This document shows, one piece after another, positions 1 to 10,164 of a DNA stretch of 64,000 nucleotides; within the stretch, counting starts at the first letter, position 1; each line of letters opens with the position of its first letter. Both the position numbers and the translations under genes were made by a program. Source of the stretch: Epithemia pelagica (taxonomy: Eukaryota > Protista > Bacillariophyta); assembly GCA_946965045.2 (NCBI GenBank), contig OX337238.1:1984001-2048000 (forward strand), read 5' to 3'. Below the pieces are notes generated by a model, which saw only the letters and a list, made by a program, of their open reading frames with translations, did no database searches and was not told the origin of the DNA.

Positions 1-219
1 CTCTGATGTCTGTAAATGGTGCCTGAAGTGGACGGAAGCTCCACTTCGTCTCCTTTTCCAAGGATGAATCCCCAAAGTTTGTCCTTGTCCCGTCACAGTA
101 GTGGTTCTGACATCCAACCACGGTAAGTCAACATCGATCATGCACACATAATACTTATGACCATGCATGATCATCAATGGTTGATTGTTGCTCATTCCTT
201 GGATCACTTTGGATGCCAT
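1..219 (-). CDS. Possible 5' end of a transposase (FLYWCH/MULE-like Zn-finger start), running off the window edge
   Basis: Minus-strand ATG at 219 reads MASKVIQGMSNNQPLMIMHGHKYYVC...; an adjacent frame gives GCQNHYCDG. It lies next to a GTCAC/GTGAC-dense tract. Family assignment is weak inference. Confidence 0.2.
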   Translation of the reverse strand, partial: MASKVIQGMSNNQPLMIMHGHKYYVCMIDVDLPWLDVRTTTVTGQGQTLGIHPWKRRRSGASVHFRHHLQTSE

Positions 220-281
220 TTTTGTGCGTTTCTCGACGTATCTGTTTGCCTACAAAAGATCCACAAAGATTTTTTTGTTTC

Positions 282-390
282 CCGTCACTTTTTTTCATTC
301 CCGTCATTCGTCACAGCCTGATGGCCTGACGTGACGTCGTCAATTTTACGTCACGTCACGTGACGTGCGTCAATTGTGACGTCGTCACAG
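282..390. repeat. GTCAC/GTGAC/ACGT-dense tract, probable transposon subterminal repeats
   Basis: Many GTCAC/GTGAC/CGTCA motifs in both orientations within about 110 bp (e.g. gtgacgtcgtca twice, cgtcacgtcacgtgacgtg). Confidence 0.4.
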
Positions 391-1064
391 TAGCATCCTT
401 GCTTCGCGCGCTTCGCCCTGGATACGGAGCACGACGCGAAGAAATCCCACACAAGGATGAACAGTGAACACACACGTGAAACAGAAAAAAACATGCACAA
501 CACACAAGACAAGTGGCAATGGCCCACAACAAGGAAAGCTCTTAGTACATTGACTGCAACTAAAATACAAGCATAGTCAACTCTATATGTATCTAGGTAC
601 TCCTCCTATTTGTTTAGGCTTCCTGGCCCTATCCATTGTATTGTGTCCTTCCTTAGACTCTGATGTCGTCCACACACTGGTTGATTGTCATCTTGTCATT
701 TTTCATCCTTCTTCTCATTCGGTTGATTGCCGCGTTTACTGATGATCCAGGGGGTAGATCTTGACAGTAGTATTCATGCTATGGTCATTCATTTTGCTGG
801 ATTGTTCGATTTTGTTGCAGCCCCATTGTCATTTCTTGTGGTTCGTCGAAAAGTGAAAAGTGAGACGATTCATGGCACAAAATACGAGGCGAGGCCGGCG
901 TTCAGATTTAACGATCGAAGGCAGGCTGACGATTTGACATGGCAGGCGCTTTCGAAAAAAAAACAAGAGGCCAAAGTTGGGCAACGCACGAAGGACAGAA
1001 AATATACACCTCTTGAATCGTTCCCCAAATGGGGGAAGTTGGGGGACGAGGCGCGGTCTCTGAC

Positions 1065-1228
1065 TTTGGTTTGGTTGAGTGTAAGGACGGCAAATCGCAC
1101 CTTTTTCCAAACAAATCCTGGAAAGGTCTTCACAGGTTTGGTTTGGTTCGGCGTAAGGAACGGCCTAAGGGCTGGGTCATCGATTTGACTGCACGTTTTG
1201 AAAATGCTAAGGGGCCGTATAGGGTTAA
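1065..1228. mobile_element. piggyBac-type element end (...AGGG|TTAA)
   Basis: TAGGG then TTAA at 1225-1228. The 25-bp internal repeat at 1175-1199 is the exact reverse complement of 2876-2900. Imperfect subterminal direct repeats tttggtttggtt..gtaagga at 1065-1091 and 1137-1164. Confidence 0.6.
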
Positions 1229-1299
1229 GGATTTCATCAAAGATTTTCAAATTGCGCGGTGATTTCCCTCACATTTTCTTTCGCAATGACCATGGCGGT

Positions 1300-2732
1300 C
1301 TTCCATTGTTGATTGTGAGCCCCGTAGTCAAAAGTAACTGCACAAAATATCATAGGGAGCAAGATAAGTCTTCAAGGAACACATTGATGCCATTTTGTGC
1401 AGTTACTTTTTCGAAATGAGCTCTAAAATGGAAGATTCCGAAGCCATCACGAAAGCTCTACAACGTAGTTGAATGATCAGGACAAAGAGATGCTACTCAG
1501 CGCAGATCAACTTGCACCTTAGTGATCTTGCAAATCCTTTCCTCCATTGATGCTTCTGTCAGTGATCCAGTCCACATGCCCTGACCCTCTTTCGATGTTT
1601 TACCAACTAGATTCTTGTACCTTTTAGGCCTATATGGGAGAAGTGGAAAGTCTTCAGTCGAGAAGCACCCTTATCTCTTATATTTCATGCAGATGGCTCT
1701 ACCTAGCTTGCCACAGATGATAATGTAGGTGTTACAACATCCCGTCTTTTTCAATGACTCGAATGCTGGACCAAAGTTGGGCAGGCAAAGGGCGACTCTC
1801 TGATGTTGGCCAACTCGGGACTGAGGCATTTCTGCCGCTCCTGTCTTTTAACCATATGCTCTCGATCTCCAGTACCGTCGTGAAGATACTTCCAATATGG
1901 ATGGAAGCAGCCCACTCAGTCGCACAGCTTTTTGTTGGAAGTGGAGCATCGGTGGGAGGGTATAGCCATGGTTCGCCCAAAAATTGCGGAGCAAGACGTA
2001 GACGTAGACACAAAACTTGCTGATCAATCTCTCCACGTGCTCATCCTTCTTGTTGGTCACATACATCAATCTCTCGTCAGCTCCATTATTCCGCACCTTA
2101 CGAACATTCTTCATGGGAAGTTGACTCTGAAGTTTAGCACTGGGCAACTCAAGAGGTCACATCCTCGGTCGTGGACAAAGTCACGTTTGGAGACGATAGT
2201 GGAGATGCTGGCTGTGCCTTCGAAGAGATGTCGACCAAGTCCGTCGTGTTCCCTCTTCTGGAATTCACCTGGATATGGACTAGGCAAACCAGTGGGCAAA
2301 TGGCACGGCCTCGAGGCAAGCCTGGTGTCGATTACCACATAAAATAGAGAATTGATGAAACACAGATACTTCTGAGAACAAAGAATACAATGTAGGTCAA
2401 GACTTTGGTGCTTACCATTGCTTGAAATGTGCCAGAAGAGCCTCTGTTACGTCGTTTCTCGTTGATTGTTGTGTGCTAACGTGCAAAACAGAGCTGTTTG
2501 TGAGTGATAAGCTATCTAAAGCTGCACTTCCCCCTCCACACCCATCACTCCACATCGCTTTGAATACTACTGAAGAAGAACAGGAAGAAGTATCAGGGTG
2601 TGAGAAAGTGAAATAGACGAATAGCAACGTAAATGGTGCAGCACAAGCAAAATGGTAAAAAATCACAGAGCAACGCAGATGAACGACTTCATCTCTACCG
2701 CCCCTTCGATTTTTCGCACGAAACTCACACAT
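1300..2732 (-). pseudogene. Decayed coding sequence of unknown family
   Basis: A string of protein-like minus-strand segments broken by stops, with a plausible GTAAG...CAG intron near 2320-2415. No motif identified. Confidence 0.25.
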
Positions 2733-2857
2733 CGTATCTAATGCATACTTGTTTTGACACTCACGAAGCTACGACCTCTATCCGAGTCTTGATCTGATGA
2801 ACGGCGGCATCAAATGCGGGGCGTCATGGTGAGGTGGTGATTTTAATATTTATAACT

Positions 2858-2900
2858 TTAACCCTAGTGAAAATTAAAACGTGCAGTCAAATCGATGACC
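2858..2900. mobile_element. piggyBac-type element end (TTAA|CCCTA...)
   Basis: TTAA at 2858-2861, then CCCTAG, then AAAACGTGCAGTCAAATCGATGACC (2876-2900), shared in inverted orientation with the end at 1175-1228. Confidence 0.6.
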
Positions 2901-3549
2901 GAGCACTTACCGAAAACGGACGGACACTAGAGTAAAAAGTACAATTGAGCAAACATGGCGGTTGATGAAACGGTTAAATATATATGGCAATGACATAGCA
3001 ATGATTATTTTAATGGTCAGTCATGGTATGATTTGCAGGTGCACCTCCAACCGTATAAAATGTGAGTGGCGACTCACCCTTGACGTATCGTTAATAATAA
3101 TGTAAGACTCCCAACCATCAATCTATGACCTCTACAAGCCATTTTTCTGTCGAAGCCTGTAATTTGACGCCCGGCTCCACACAATGGCGCATTGCACCGA
3201 AAGATAACTTACCCCCAAGCAGGGGTATCAACCTCGGGAAATCGCTGATTTTGAACGTCGCGCCTTGAGGGTGAGAAGGAGAATCACGAAAATGATTGAC
3301 GGACAGACTGCAAAATTCTCATCCCCGCTGGGGGTAAACTCGTGACTCCGAGCACATCTCCCACAACAATGGGTCACGACCGCTCGGAAACCGCACAAGT
3401 TCTTTCCGCGACTCCAACGCGGTTTCATGGGGCGGGATCAACCGCAACCACAAGACGAGAGCTTTGCCACACTCCATCCAGAGATGGCAAACCCCAAAAT
3501 ATAAAGCACACTCTGTAGTAGTACTCTCCTGTCGAAGATATATCCAAGG

Positions 3550-6500
3550 ATGAAACAACAACATCCACAACGACTACAACACCCACCAACAACAAGACCC
3601 CTCCATGCAGACGACGACGACGACGACGGCAGGAACGACGATCACCACCACCACAACGGACGACAACGACAACGACAACGACGACGGCAACAAGAGAACT
3701 GGCCGTCACCACCACCACCTGTTTCCAATCATTGTTATCCTCACCCACCACCAAAGAGCCACTGTCCACGACAACGACAACCACAGCAACAAGGCGTATT
3801 CGTATGGGCCAAGTGCTTTTCGACACGAGGACCACCAAGTCTCGGGGTGGTCGCGTCCTTCTTGTTTAGTGTGTGGATCCTTCTGAGTGTCAGGGCCCTG
3901 CTGGTTATCATAGATCCAGGCCAGCAGGACGACCACCACAGAGCATCTCACAAGCTACTCCAAACACAACCACGACCACATCCGGAGGACTCAAACACCA
4001 CCAACAAGCACGACTCGATTCCTTCTTCTGGGGCAACAAAAACCAGCAACCACCACCACCACCACCACCACCACGACAAGAATGAGAACGTCTTGGTATG
4101 GAATGAGGCGGACTGGAATCATGCACGGGCGTCCCTCGAGGGGGGACGAGCGTCCCTGGCATGGTTGGACCACCAGCACTCAAATCACACCACCGCCGCC
4201 ACGCACCCAAGCAGCAGCAACAGCAACCACATTTTGGAGGTGACACCCATAATGGCCACGGTGGATCGTCGTCGACAACACTCCTCCGAGCCGGCGCACC
4301 ACACCCAGGATTCCACCACCACCACCAGCAAACACCAAACGGCCTCCTGTGCCATTGTCTCCTTTGTGGCCGTGTCTCCCACGTCCTACATTCGCTTTCA
4401 GGTTCCTCATCCCCCCACGGATGAGGCCGTGGTGCATCCCACGTGCGCCATTTGTTACGACGACAACGACAACGACAACGACGACGACAGTCGCACCAAC
4501 AAATCCACCCACACCCACAGTCACAACCACACCCACAGTCACAGTCACAGTCGTCGTGTGTGTCATCCCGGCACGGCCACCTTTTCTCGTCGCCAACGCT
4601 GGAAGTCGGCCTATTGGCATGCGGCACGATACGAACAGTATACCCACTTTGGCAAACACGACGATGTGCGAGATTCCGCACCCGGCTTTGCCTGGGCCGT
4701 GTGGTGTCACTTTGTCGTGCCAGCAGGATCCTTCGATTCCGAATCATCCGTCCGGGACAACGACAAGGACAAGAACAACGACAACCACAAGAAGGACCAC
4801 CCGGAGGAGTTGGGGGACGAGGAAAATGCCTGTGCTCGGTGGCCCGAGCTCGTGTGGCAGCCGCAGTTTCGCCGCCGCCATGACAACCACAACAATGAGA
4901 CGACCACCAACTCCCACACCACAATGCCACCATTCCTCCAGAATGTGGTGTTTACCAGCAGCTTTACCTTGCCCTCTCGATACAAATCTCCTCGTCACGG
5001 AGCCCATTTTCGGGTCACGGCCACATGGCCCTGGGAGTCGGTCCTGTGGAAGAGGAACCAACCGTCCAGCAACGACGACGACACGACTCATTCCTCGTCC
5101 CCGCCACAACCAAACAAAGGATCCACACCACCACCACACCAAGAGGACCATCCTGACAAGGACGAGGACACGATCAGCGATAACGACAACGACTCGTTGG
5201 GGTCGCATCCTCCTTCCAATACTAGACCACCCATAGATGCTCGTCACGTCAAACTAGTGTGGGTGCAAGGACCCTTGTGGCAACCACAAACACCACCACA
5301 ATCATCCTCATCCTCGACTCGTGTCACAAACGAAACCAACAACAAGACCCATCCAAATTCCAACAACAACACCCCCATGGTTCGGAATATCACCTTGGTG
5401 CCACCCGAGAACTTCTTGACTACGACAGCCTCGTCGCCGTATCCAATAGTGGTGGGACGTCGATTCCTCTTGTCCCTGCTGCATCAAGCCACGATTGCTC
5501 CAAATTCGACCCGTCTCTTGGGTGTGGTCGATCGTCAAGCACGAGCCGTATATCGACTGTTGCACACTCCGCCGCCGCAGCAGCACACGAGTCACAACGA
5601 CGACAACGACAAGAACCAGAACAACCGGTCGGCATCTTTTTCCGTGTGGAGGAGGGAACCACCGGAACATTGGGAGGCGACGGGGACGTTGAACTTGGAT
5701 CAACAATGCTTGGTCCGCGGAGCCGCGACACGAACAAGTACTAGTAATGGTAGCACTACTGCCGGGACCGACCACACGGCGGTGGACAACAACAACATGA
5801 CCTTAAGAGACTTGTTGCATCGTCGTCAGGTGCAAATTCAAGTCATTCCCTTTCCCTTACCACCCTCCTTGTATGGCACGATTCGACAAATGGGACAACA
5901 TGCCTTTGCGGCATGGATGGGGGTCCGATATGCTCCCGATTACCACGTGGTACTGTATCTGGACGATGATGCCATTCCGTTTGTCGTACCACGTCCGCCT
6001 CCTGGGGATGATTCGGTGTCGACCACCACCACAACAGCCTCAAGTGGTAGTTTGTTACAGCAAGTGATTTACGAGCGCATGTTTGCCACGGCATCATCCG
6101 ACAATGGGAATCATCATTCCAAGAAATTGCCCTGTGTCAACCAACAATTATTGGCACTGGAATATGCCGTTTTGGATCCAGCATCTCCCACGACTACTAC
6201 CAATCAGTCAGGATTGCAGGCGACACCCTTTGCATCATCCTCTCGTCGTCGTTCCCAAACGGAATTGGCGTGTGTGCACCAACTCGTGAACAATGCAGAC
6301 CTGTGGAATGACATTGTCCAAAAATGTACTTCCTTTGTCGGTCATGTCGTTGCTCGATCCGATTCTCTAGGAATGCTGTGGATGCACAACAATTATGCCA
6401 CGGCACCCACTGATTTGGCCCCGGGAACTCGGTATTGTCCCAAACCAGAAGAACAAGAAACACAACCAGCATCCTCACAACAACGCCAAGAACCAGAAGA

Positions 6501-6618
6501 ACCGGACTGGTTGTTTCCACCCGACCAATTGGTCGAACTCCATTTACGGTCCGAGCCGCGGCCGAGACGACGCTGGACCCATTGTATTTGTCGATTGCCA
6601 ACCCCCATTGTCACATGA
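3550..6618 (+). CDS. 1022-aa low-complexity protein with an N-terminal transmembrane anchor; possible GT-A/GT92-like glycosyltransferase
   Basis: Long uninterrupted ORF. Single hydrophobic segment (LGVVASFLFSVWILLSVRALLVII) near residues 98-121, H/D/N/T homopolymer linkers, and a DxD-like motif in YHVVLYLDDDAIPFV. The enzyme call is inference. Confidence 0.7.
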   Translation: MKQQHPQRLQHPPTTRPLHADDDDDDGRNDDHHHHNGRQRQRQRRRQQENWPSPPPPVSNHCYPHPPPKSHCPRQRQPQQQGVFVWAKCFSTRGPPSLGVVASFLFSVWILLSVRALLVIIDPGQQDDHHRASHKLLQTQPRPHPEDSNTTNKHDSIPSSGATKTSNHHHHHHHHDKNENVLVWNEADWNHARASLEGGRASLAWLDHQHSNHTTAATHPSSSNSNHILEVTPIMATVDRRRQHSSEPAHHTQDSTTTTSKHQTASCAIVSFVAVSPTSYIRFQVPHPPTDEAVVHPTCAICYDDNDNDNDDDSRTNKSTHTHSHNHTHSHSHSRRVCHPGTATFSRRQRWKSAYWHAARYEQYTHFGKHDDVRDSAPGFAWAVWCHFVVPAGSFDSESSVRDNDKDKNNDNHKKDHPEELGDEENACARWPELVWQPQFRRRHDNHNNETTTNSHTTMPPFLQNVVFTSSFTLPSRYKSPRHGAHFRVTATWPWESVLWKRNQPSSNDDDTTHSSSPPQPNKGSTPPPHQEDHPDKDEDTISDNDNDSLGSHPPSNTRPPIDARHVKLVWVQGPLWQPQTPPQSSSSSTRVTNETNNKTHPNSNNNTPMVRNITLVPPENFLTTTASSPYPIVVGRRFLLSLLHQATIAPNSTRLLGVVDRQARAVYRLLHTPPPQQHTSHNDDNDKNQNNRSASFSVWRREPPEHWEATGTLNLDQQCLVRGAATRTSTSNGSTTAGTDHTAVDNNNMTLRDLLHRRQVQIQVIPFPLPPSLYGTIRQMGQHAFAAWMGVRYAPDYHVVLYLDDDAIPFVVPRPPPGDDSVSTTTTTASSGSLLQQVIYERMFATASSDNGNHHSKKLPCVNQQLLALEYAVLDPASPTTTTNQSGLQATPFASSSRRRSQTELACVHQLVNNADLWNDIVQKCTSFVGHVVARSDSLGMLWMHNNYATAPTDLAPGTRYCPKPEEQETQPASSQQRQEPEEPDWLFPPDQLVELHLRSEPRPRRRWTHCICRLPTPIVT

Positions 6619-7721
6619 AAAAATGCCAATACTTGAGGAGCGTGAGTTGTGGTTCTTGACCGAGAAAAGTAGTGTGTCTTGGGCAACCGCTGCGCGCATC
6701 ATTGTGATGTGGTGTTCTCGTCGTGTGTCGGTAGTTCCTTCACTGCACGAGAGTGTCAGTGTATCGTTTTATATAATATTGCATCTTTGCTCGCATGCTC
6801 TAGCACAATATTGGTTTCCGTGTCCACACCATTCTCCTTCCAGAAGCTCTTGCCATTTAGTATCTTCCTGTGGTTGTACTATTCTAAAAGATGCGTCAAA
6901 GTCAACTCTGTTCCTGTTCCGTGCCTTCCATGGTTCGCTAATGGCGCCAAAGTCGACCATGTTCGAAATATGGAGTTTGTCGTCGATGGACTTGACCACA
7001 GTCTTGGAAACATCGCTGGGTGCCTTGTTTCCATCCACCGTGACCGTGATATCTATTCTTGGTCATCCAACTGTATGAAGATATTTCCTACACTACGACA
7101 CTTGGCTTTTCTCCAACCGGAGTTTTTCCCACAGCCATAACCAAAGCTGCGCACTCAGCAATCTTCCATTCGTATTGGGAGAGGGTTGACCATCTTGGCC
7201 AAGGTGCTACGGTAGATTCGACAACTGAGTATTGGTACTGGGAGTATGTCGTATCCTTGTTGGTGTGAGTAGTCTATGTTACGCAATCTACTACTTTTCA
7301 AACGAAAAAGTAACAGTTTGTCTAACATAGAGTACTCATACCAAATAAACAATCCATCGATTCGGTTTCGATGGAAAGACGGATATCGTTGGTTCAAACA
7401 TTTCATGGAACCAGACTCTGACGCGATTACCTTGTGGGCAAGGGAATTCGGCCTTCTTCGGTGGCATTGGCATGGACAAGGCCATTGTTCAAGGTCCAAG
7501 TACTACGTTTCGTTGCAGCTTTTCTGCCAGAAGCTCTCGAAAAGCTTCCAGTCCAGCAAGGGAGTATCCAGCTGCCCCTCCGGTTGGGTTCAAATTCCAT
7601 TTTTTCTCTATGTACTCAACACGTACTTGCATTCCCTCTCGCGAGACCCGAGAGGTCCATGTGGATCGGACTCGCTGAGAAACGTCACAGCATCCTGTAG
7701 GATCTGATGTCAGAGCAACTA

Positions 7722-8739
7722 TTACTGCACTTGTCTTGCATCATTTCTTCTTTCGAAGAAATAATCAAGAGCCCTCTTGGTTGCTTCTTGATCATCCTGA
7801 TACAAGAGCTCGCGTTCGTCAATATGCGATTCGACATGCTGTATATACCACTCATCGAATCGAGGATTGGCGCCTTCATTAATGTACTCTTCCGGAAAGT
7901 GAAGATCTTTAAGGCGTTGCACCATTCGCGACGAGAAACGCTCGCCCTTTTTATGTATACTATCAAAATCAACAATTTTGATTGAGTAACGTCGGTCCGG
8001 TTCCTGGCGCCACATGATATTCCATAAGTACAGGTCCATATGAACCAGATTCAGCTCGTGCAAGATATGTTCAGCGTCTTTCATCGCCACCAACAGCTTC
8101 TGCCTCTCGTCGGCATCATGTGGTATATATTTTTTAATTCAGTCGGTGTAGATTTTCGAAGACAATGGCGTCGTCTGAATAGTCCGAATTCCTATCACCC
8201 AGTCTGTATGCTAATGGACAACAAGCGAAACTCTGGGAGCGAAGGATGCTCGTCATCTCAAAGAAGCGAACAATCGATTTGTCCCGATGATCTCCATCAA
8301 CCACTTTAAAGAAATTGATAACAGGTTTCAAATGATATCGGTCCAAGCCGATTTCCATTTCAATCTGTTGAAATGTAGGGGAGTCATTGCACTTACTTTC
8401 AACCTCAGAATTGAGATCGACCATTTTACACAAGCCTGAAGCGGCCAGAAGAAGGCCTTCCTCATTGAACAGATCAAAAACAGTAGTGACAAAATTGACA
8501 ACAGGAAATGTAGAGTCGGGAAGGAATGACACAGCTAGGACTTGACCAAGGCGACCTAGGTGTAGGAGCAAACAAGAGTCAGTGTGGATACAGGACAAGA
8601 ACCACGGAACTCTAAACCACCAGTGTCTCACCGTTGGTAGAGAATATGGGAACCACGACATTATTTCTTGCAATTCCACGGCGAACCAACCCAATGGCAA
8701 CGTTTGTTGCACTAACTCCATACCAGAAGTTCGTCTCAC
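7722..8739 (-). pseudogene. Crinkler/CR-type protein kinase-like gene, frameshifted
   Basis: C-lobe motifs LVHMDLYLWNIMW and KIVDFD in ORF 7722-8093; N-lobe-like FFKVVD in ORF 8134-8739. The two join after a frameshift in the A-run near 8130-8136, giving FENLHRLN..YIPHDADERQKLLVAMKD. Confidence 0.65.
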
Positions 8740-8950
8740 ATTTTTATACTACAGTAGGAATTTTTTGTACGACCGGGAAGTAGTTTCGTGCGAGTCGCGC
8801 GGTTTCCCTCTCGTGTGTGACACTTGTGTGACACTTTGTGACATGGCTTCGAGGAATTTCTCACTACCTACACAGCTTGATAGGGAGTAAGTTTACTACT
8901 TCCCTGTGTCTGGCCGTCCTCTCGCGTCGGGCGCGCCCGGCTTGTCGAGA

Positions 8951-9018
8951 GAATGACTCGACGGGCAATTGTCTTGTCGGGCGTGCGCCCTCCTCGACCA
9001 TTGCCCTCCTCGTCATTC
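8951..9018. repeat. Interrupted inverted repeat upstream of the kinase-like gene
   Basis: gaatgac/gtcattc (8951-8957, 9012-9018), gggcaat/attgccc (8963-8969, 9000-9006), central gggcg-tg-cgccc. Confidence 0.5.
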
Positions 9019-9097
9019 TACCCTCCGCGCCGGGCGGTCCCTCCTTGAAAGGACTCGACACCGGGAAGTATTAATACTACCGACCGCTTCTAGGTTG

Positions 9098-9309
9098 TGT
9101 TGGAGGTAGCTGGAGTCGGATGTGCGACTAAGGACAAAGAACAGGCGAAAATGGATGACGAGAACACGTGGCAGCTGGTGACGCGAAAGAAAAAGAGTCA
9201 TAGTAGATCTAGTGGTAACGAGGGCACCAAGTGCTCATTCTATCAACAATAAGAAGTTATCGATCCTTTTGTTGCTTGTACGGCACTTGGTAGGGATTGT
9301 GTTTCAACA
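9098..9309 (+). repeat. 5' LTR of Copia-1
   Basis: tgttggagg...tttcaaca, identical to 15082-15293. Confidence 0.97.
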
Positions 9310-9323
9310 TATTGTTGATAGAA
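9310..9323 (+). promoter_or_regulatory. Primer-binding-site position, complementary to the element's own LTR (candidate self-priming PBS)
   Basis: TATTGTTGATAGAA directly after the LTR is the exact reverse complement of TTCTATCAACAATA at 9238-9251. No TGG tRNA-CCA complement is present. Confidence 0.75.
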
Positions 9324-9355
9324 AACTTTATATCCTAAGATTGACTGTTGCGTTC

Positions 9356-10156
9356 ATGTCCGGAGCTGAGATTCCTTTTGGACCGCCAGTTAATACTCCA
9401 GTGACCCGTCTCATCCGTGCACTTGCCCACTTGAAGATTGAGCAGAATCGCGAACTCAACCAACGAGAACGAGGTCACCAAACCCGACTTCGTGACATCG
9501 ATCGTCAATATTGGGCCGACAAGGCTCAGTTGGAGCAGCAGTACCAGCAGCGTCGCGCGGAAGAGTGCCAACAGTACCAACAAACAGTACGAGACATTCG
9601 CCACAACCAGGAAGTTGCCCAACGCGATCTCTACCGTGAAGCAGAGCAAGCTGAACAAGCACGACGTCAAGCAGAGGTGCAAGAGAATCTCGAAGTCGAA
9701 GAAGAGGAACAGCCCGAAGAACCGCACGTCGTAGTAGTACACCGTGACGAAGTTCAACCAGTCAATCAGGTTCAACAAGACCCAGAAATCCTAGCGGAGG
9801 CTCAGCCAATTGGAGTCGTCGCTGAGGAACAGGAACACGAAGAAGTTCAAGAAGCAATTCCAGACAATTCTCGTGAAAATCCGAGAGAACAAAACCTTCC
9901 TCAAGCCCAACCAGTTGCGCGCCGTCTACGAGTAGCACCAGTACGTGAAGTAGCAGCACGACAACTTGCAGTTGGAAGTCGAGTCGGAATCCGAAACGGG
10001 ATACGCCTCGCAGACCACATAGGCTTGGTACACAATCAGGAAGGGCGAGTCACGCGAATCACTGAAGTGTACATCCACATAGAGGTGTGGAATCCAAGAA
10101 CCAACCACCACGAAGTAATACTAAGACAAGAACAAAACGTCCGCCTCATTGAGTAA
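9356..10156 (+). CDS. Extra ORF upstream of gag (coiled coil plus C-terminal KOW/SH3-like beta-barrel)
   Basis: In frame with track ORF 9212-10156; the first ATG beyond the LTR is at 9356 (MSGAEIPF). Q/E/R-rich helical N-half; C-terminus LAVGSRVGIRNG...EGRVTRITEVYIHIE. Stop lies 8 nt before the gag ATG. Confidence 0.7.
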   Translation: MSGAEIPFGPPVNTPVTRLIRALAHLKIEQNRELNQRERGHQTRLRDIDRQYWADKAQLEQQYQQRRAEECQQYQQTVRDIRHNQEVAQRDLYREAEQAEQARRQAEVQENLEVEEEEQPEEPHVVVVHRDEVQPVNQVQQDPEILAEAQPIGVVAEEQEHEEVQEAIPDNSRENPREQNLPQAQPVARRLRVAPVREVAARQLAVGSRVGIRNGIRLADHIGLVHNQEGRVTRITEVYIHIEVWNPRTNHHEVILRQEQNVRLIE

Positions 10157-10164
10157 CCACCAAG

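Noticed and set aside
2240-2290. GEFQKREH resembling the Helitron Rep motif EFQxRGxxH
   Set aside because: The HUH histidines and other Rep/helicase motifs are absent.
3203-3240. ATAACTTACC resembling the 5' end of U1 snRNA
   Set aside because: The similarity stops after about 9 nt; no U1 stem-loops or Sm site.
3425-6686. Many overlapping ORFs rich in V/C/T/R around the 1022-aa gene
   Set aside because: Shadow frames of ACG/ACC/AAC trinucleotide-rich coding sequence.
6679-7707. Several medium ORFs on both strands
   Set aside because: Stop-riddled, with no assignable motif; probably decayed minus-strand coding DNA, but I cannot support a call.
9212-9355. N-terminal 48 aa of track ORF 9212-10156
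   Set aside because: Begins at GTG inside the LTR, upstream of the predicted TSS; ATG 9356 is the more plausible start.
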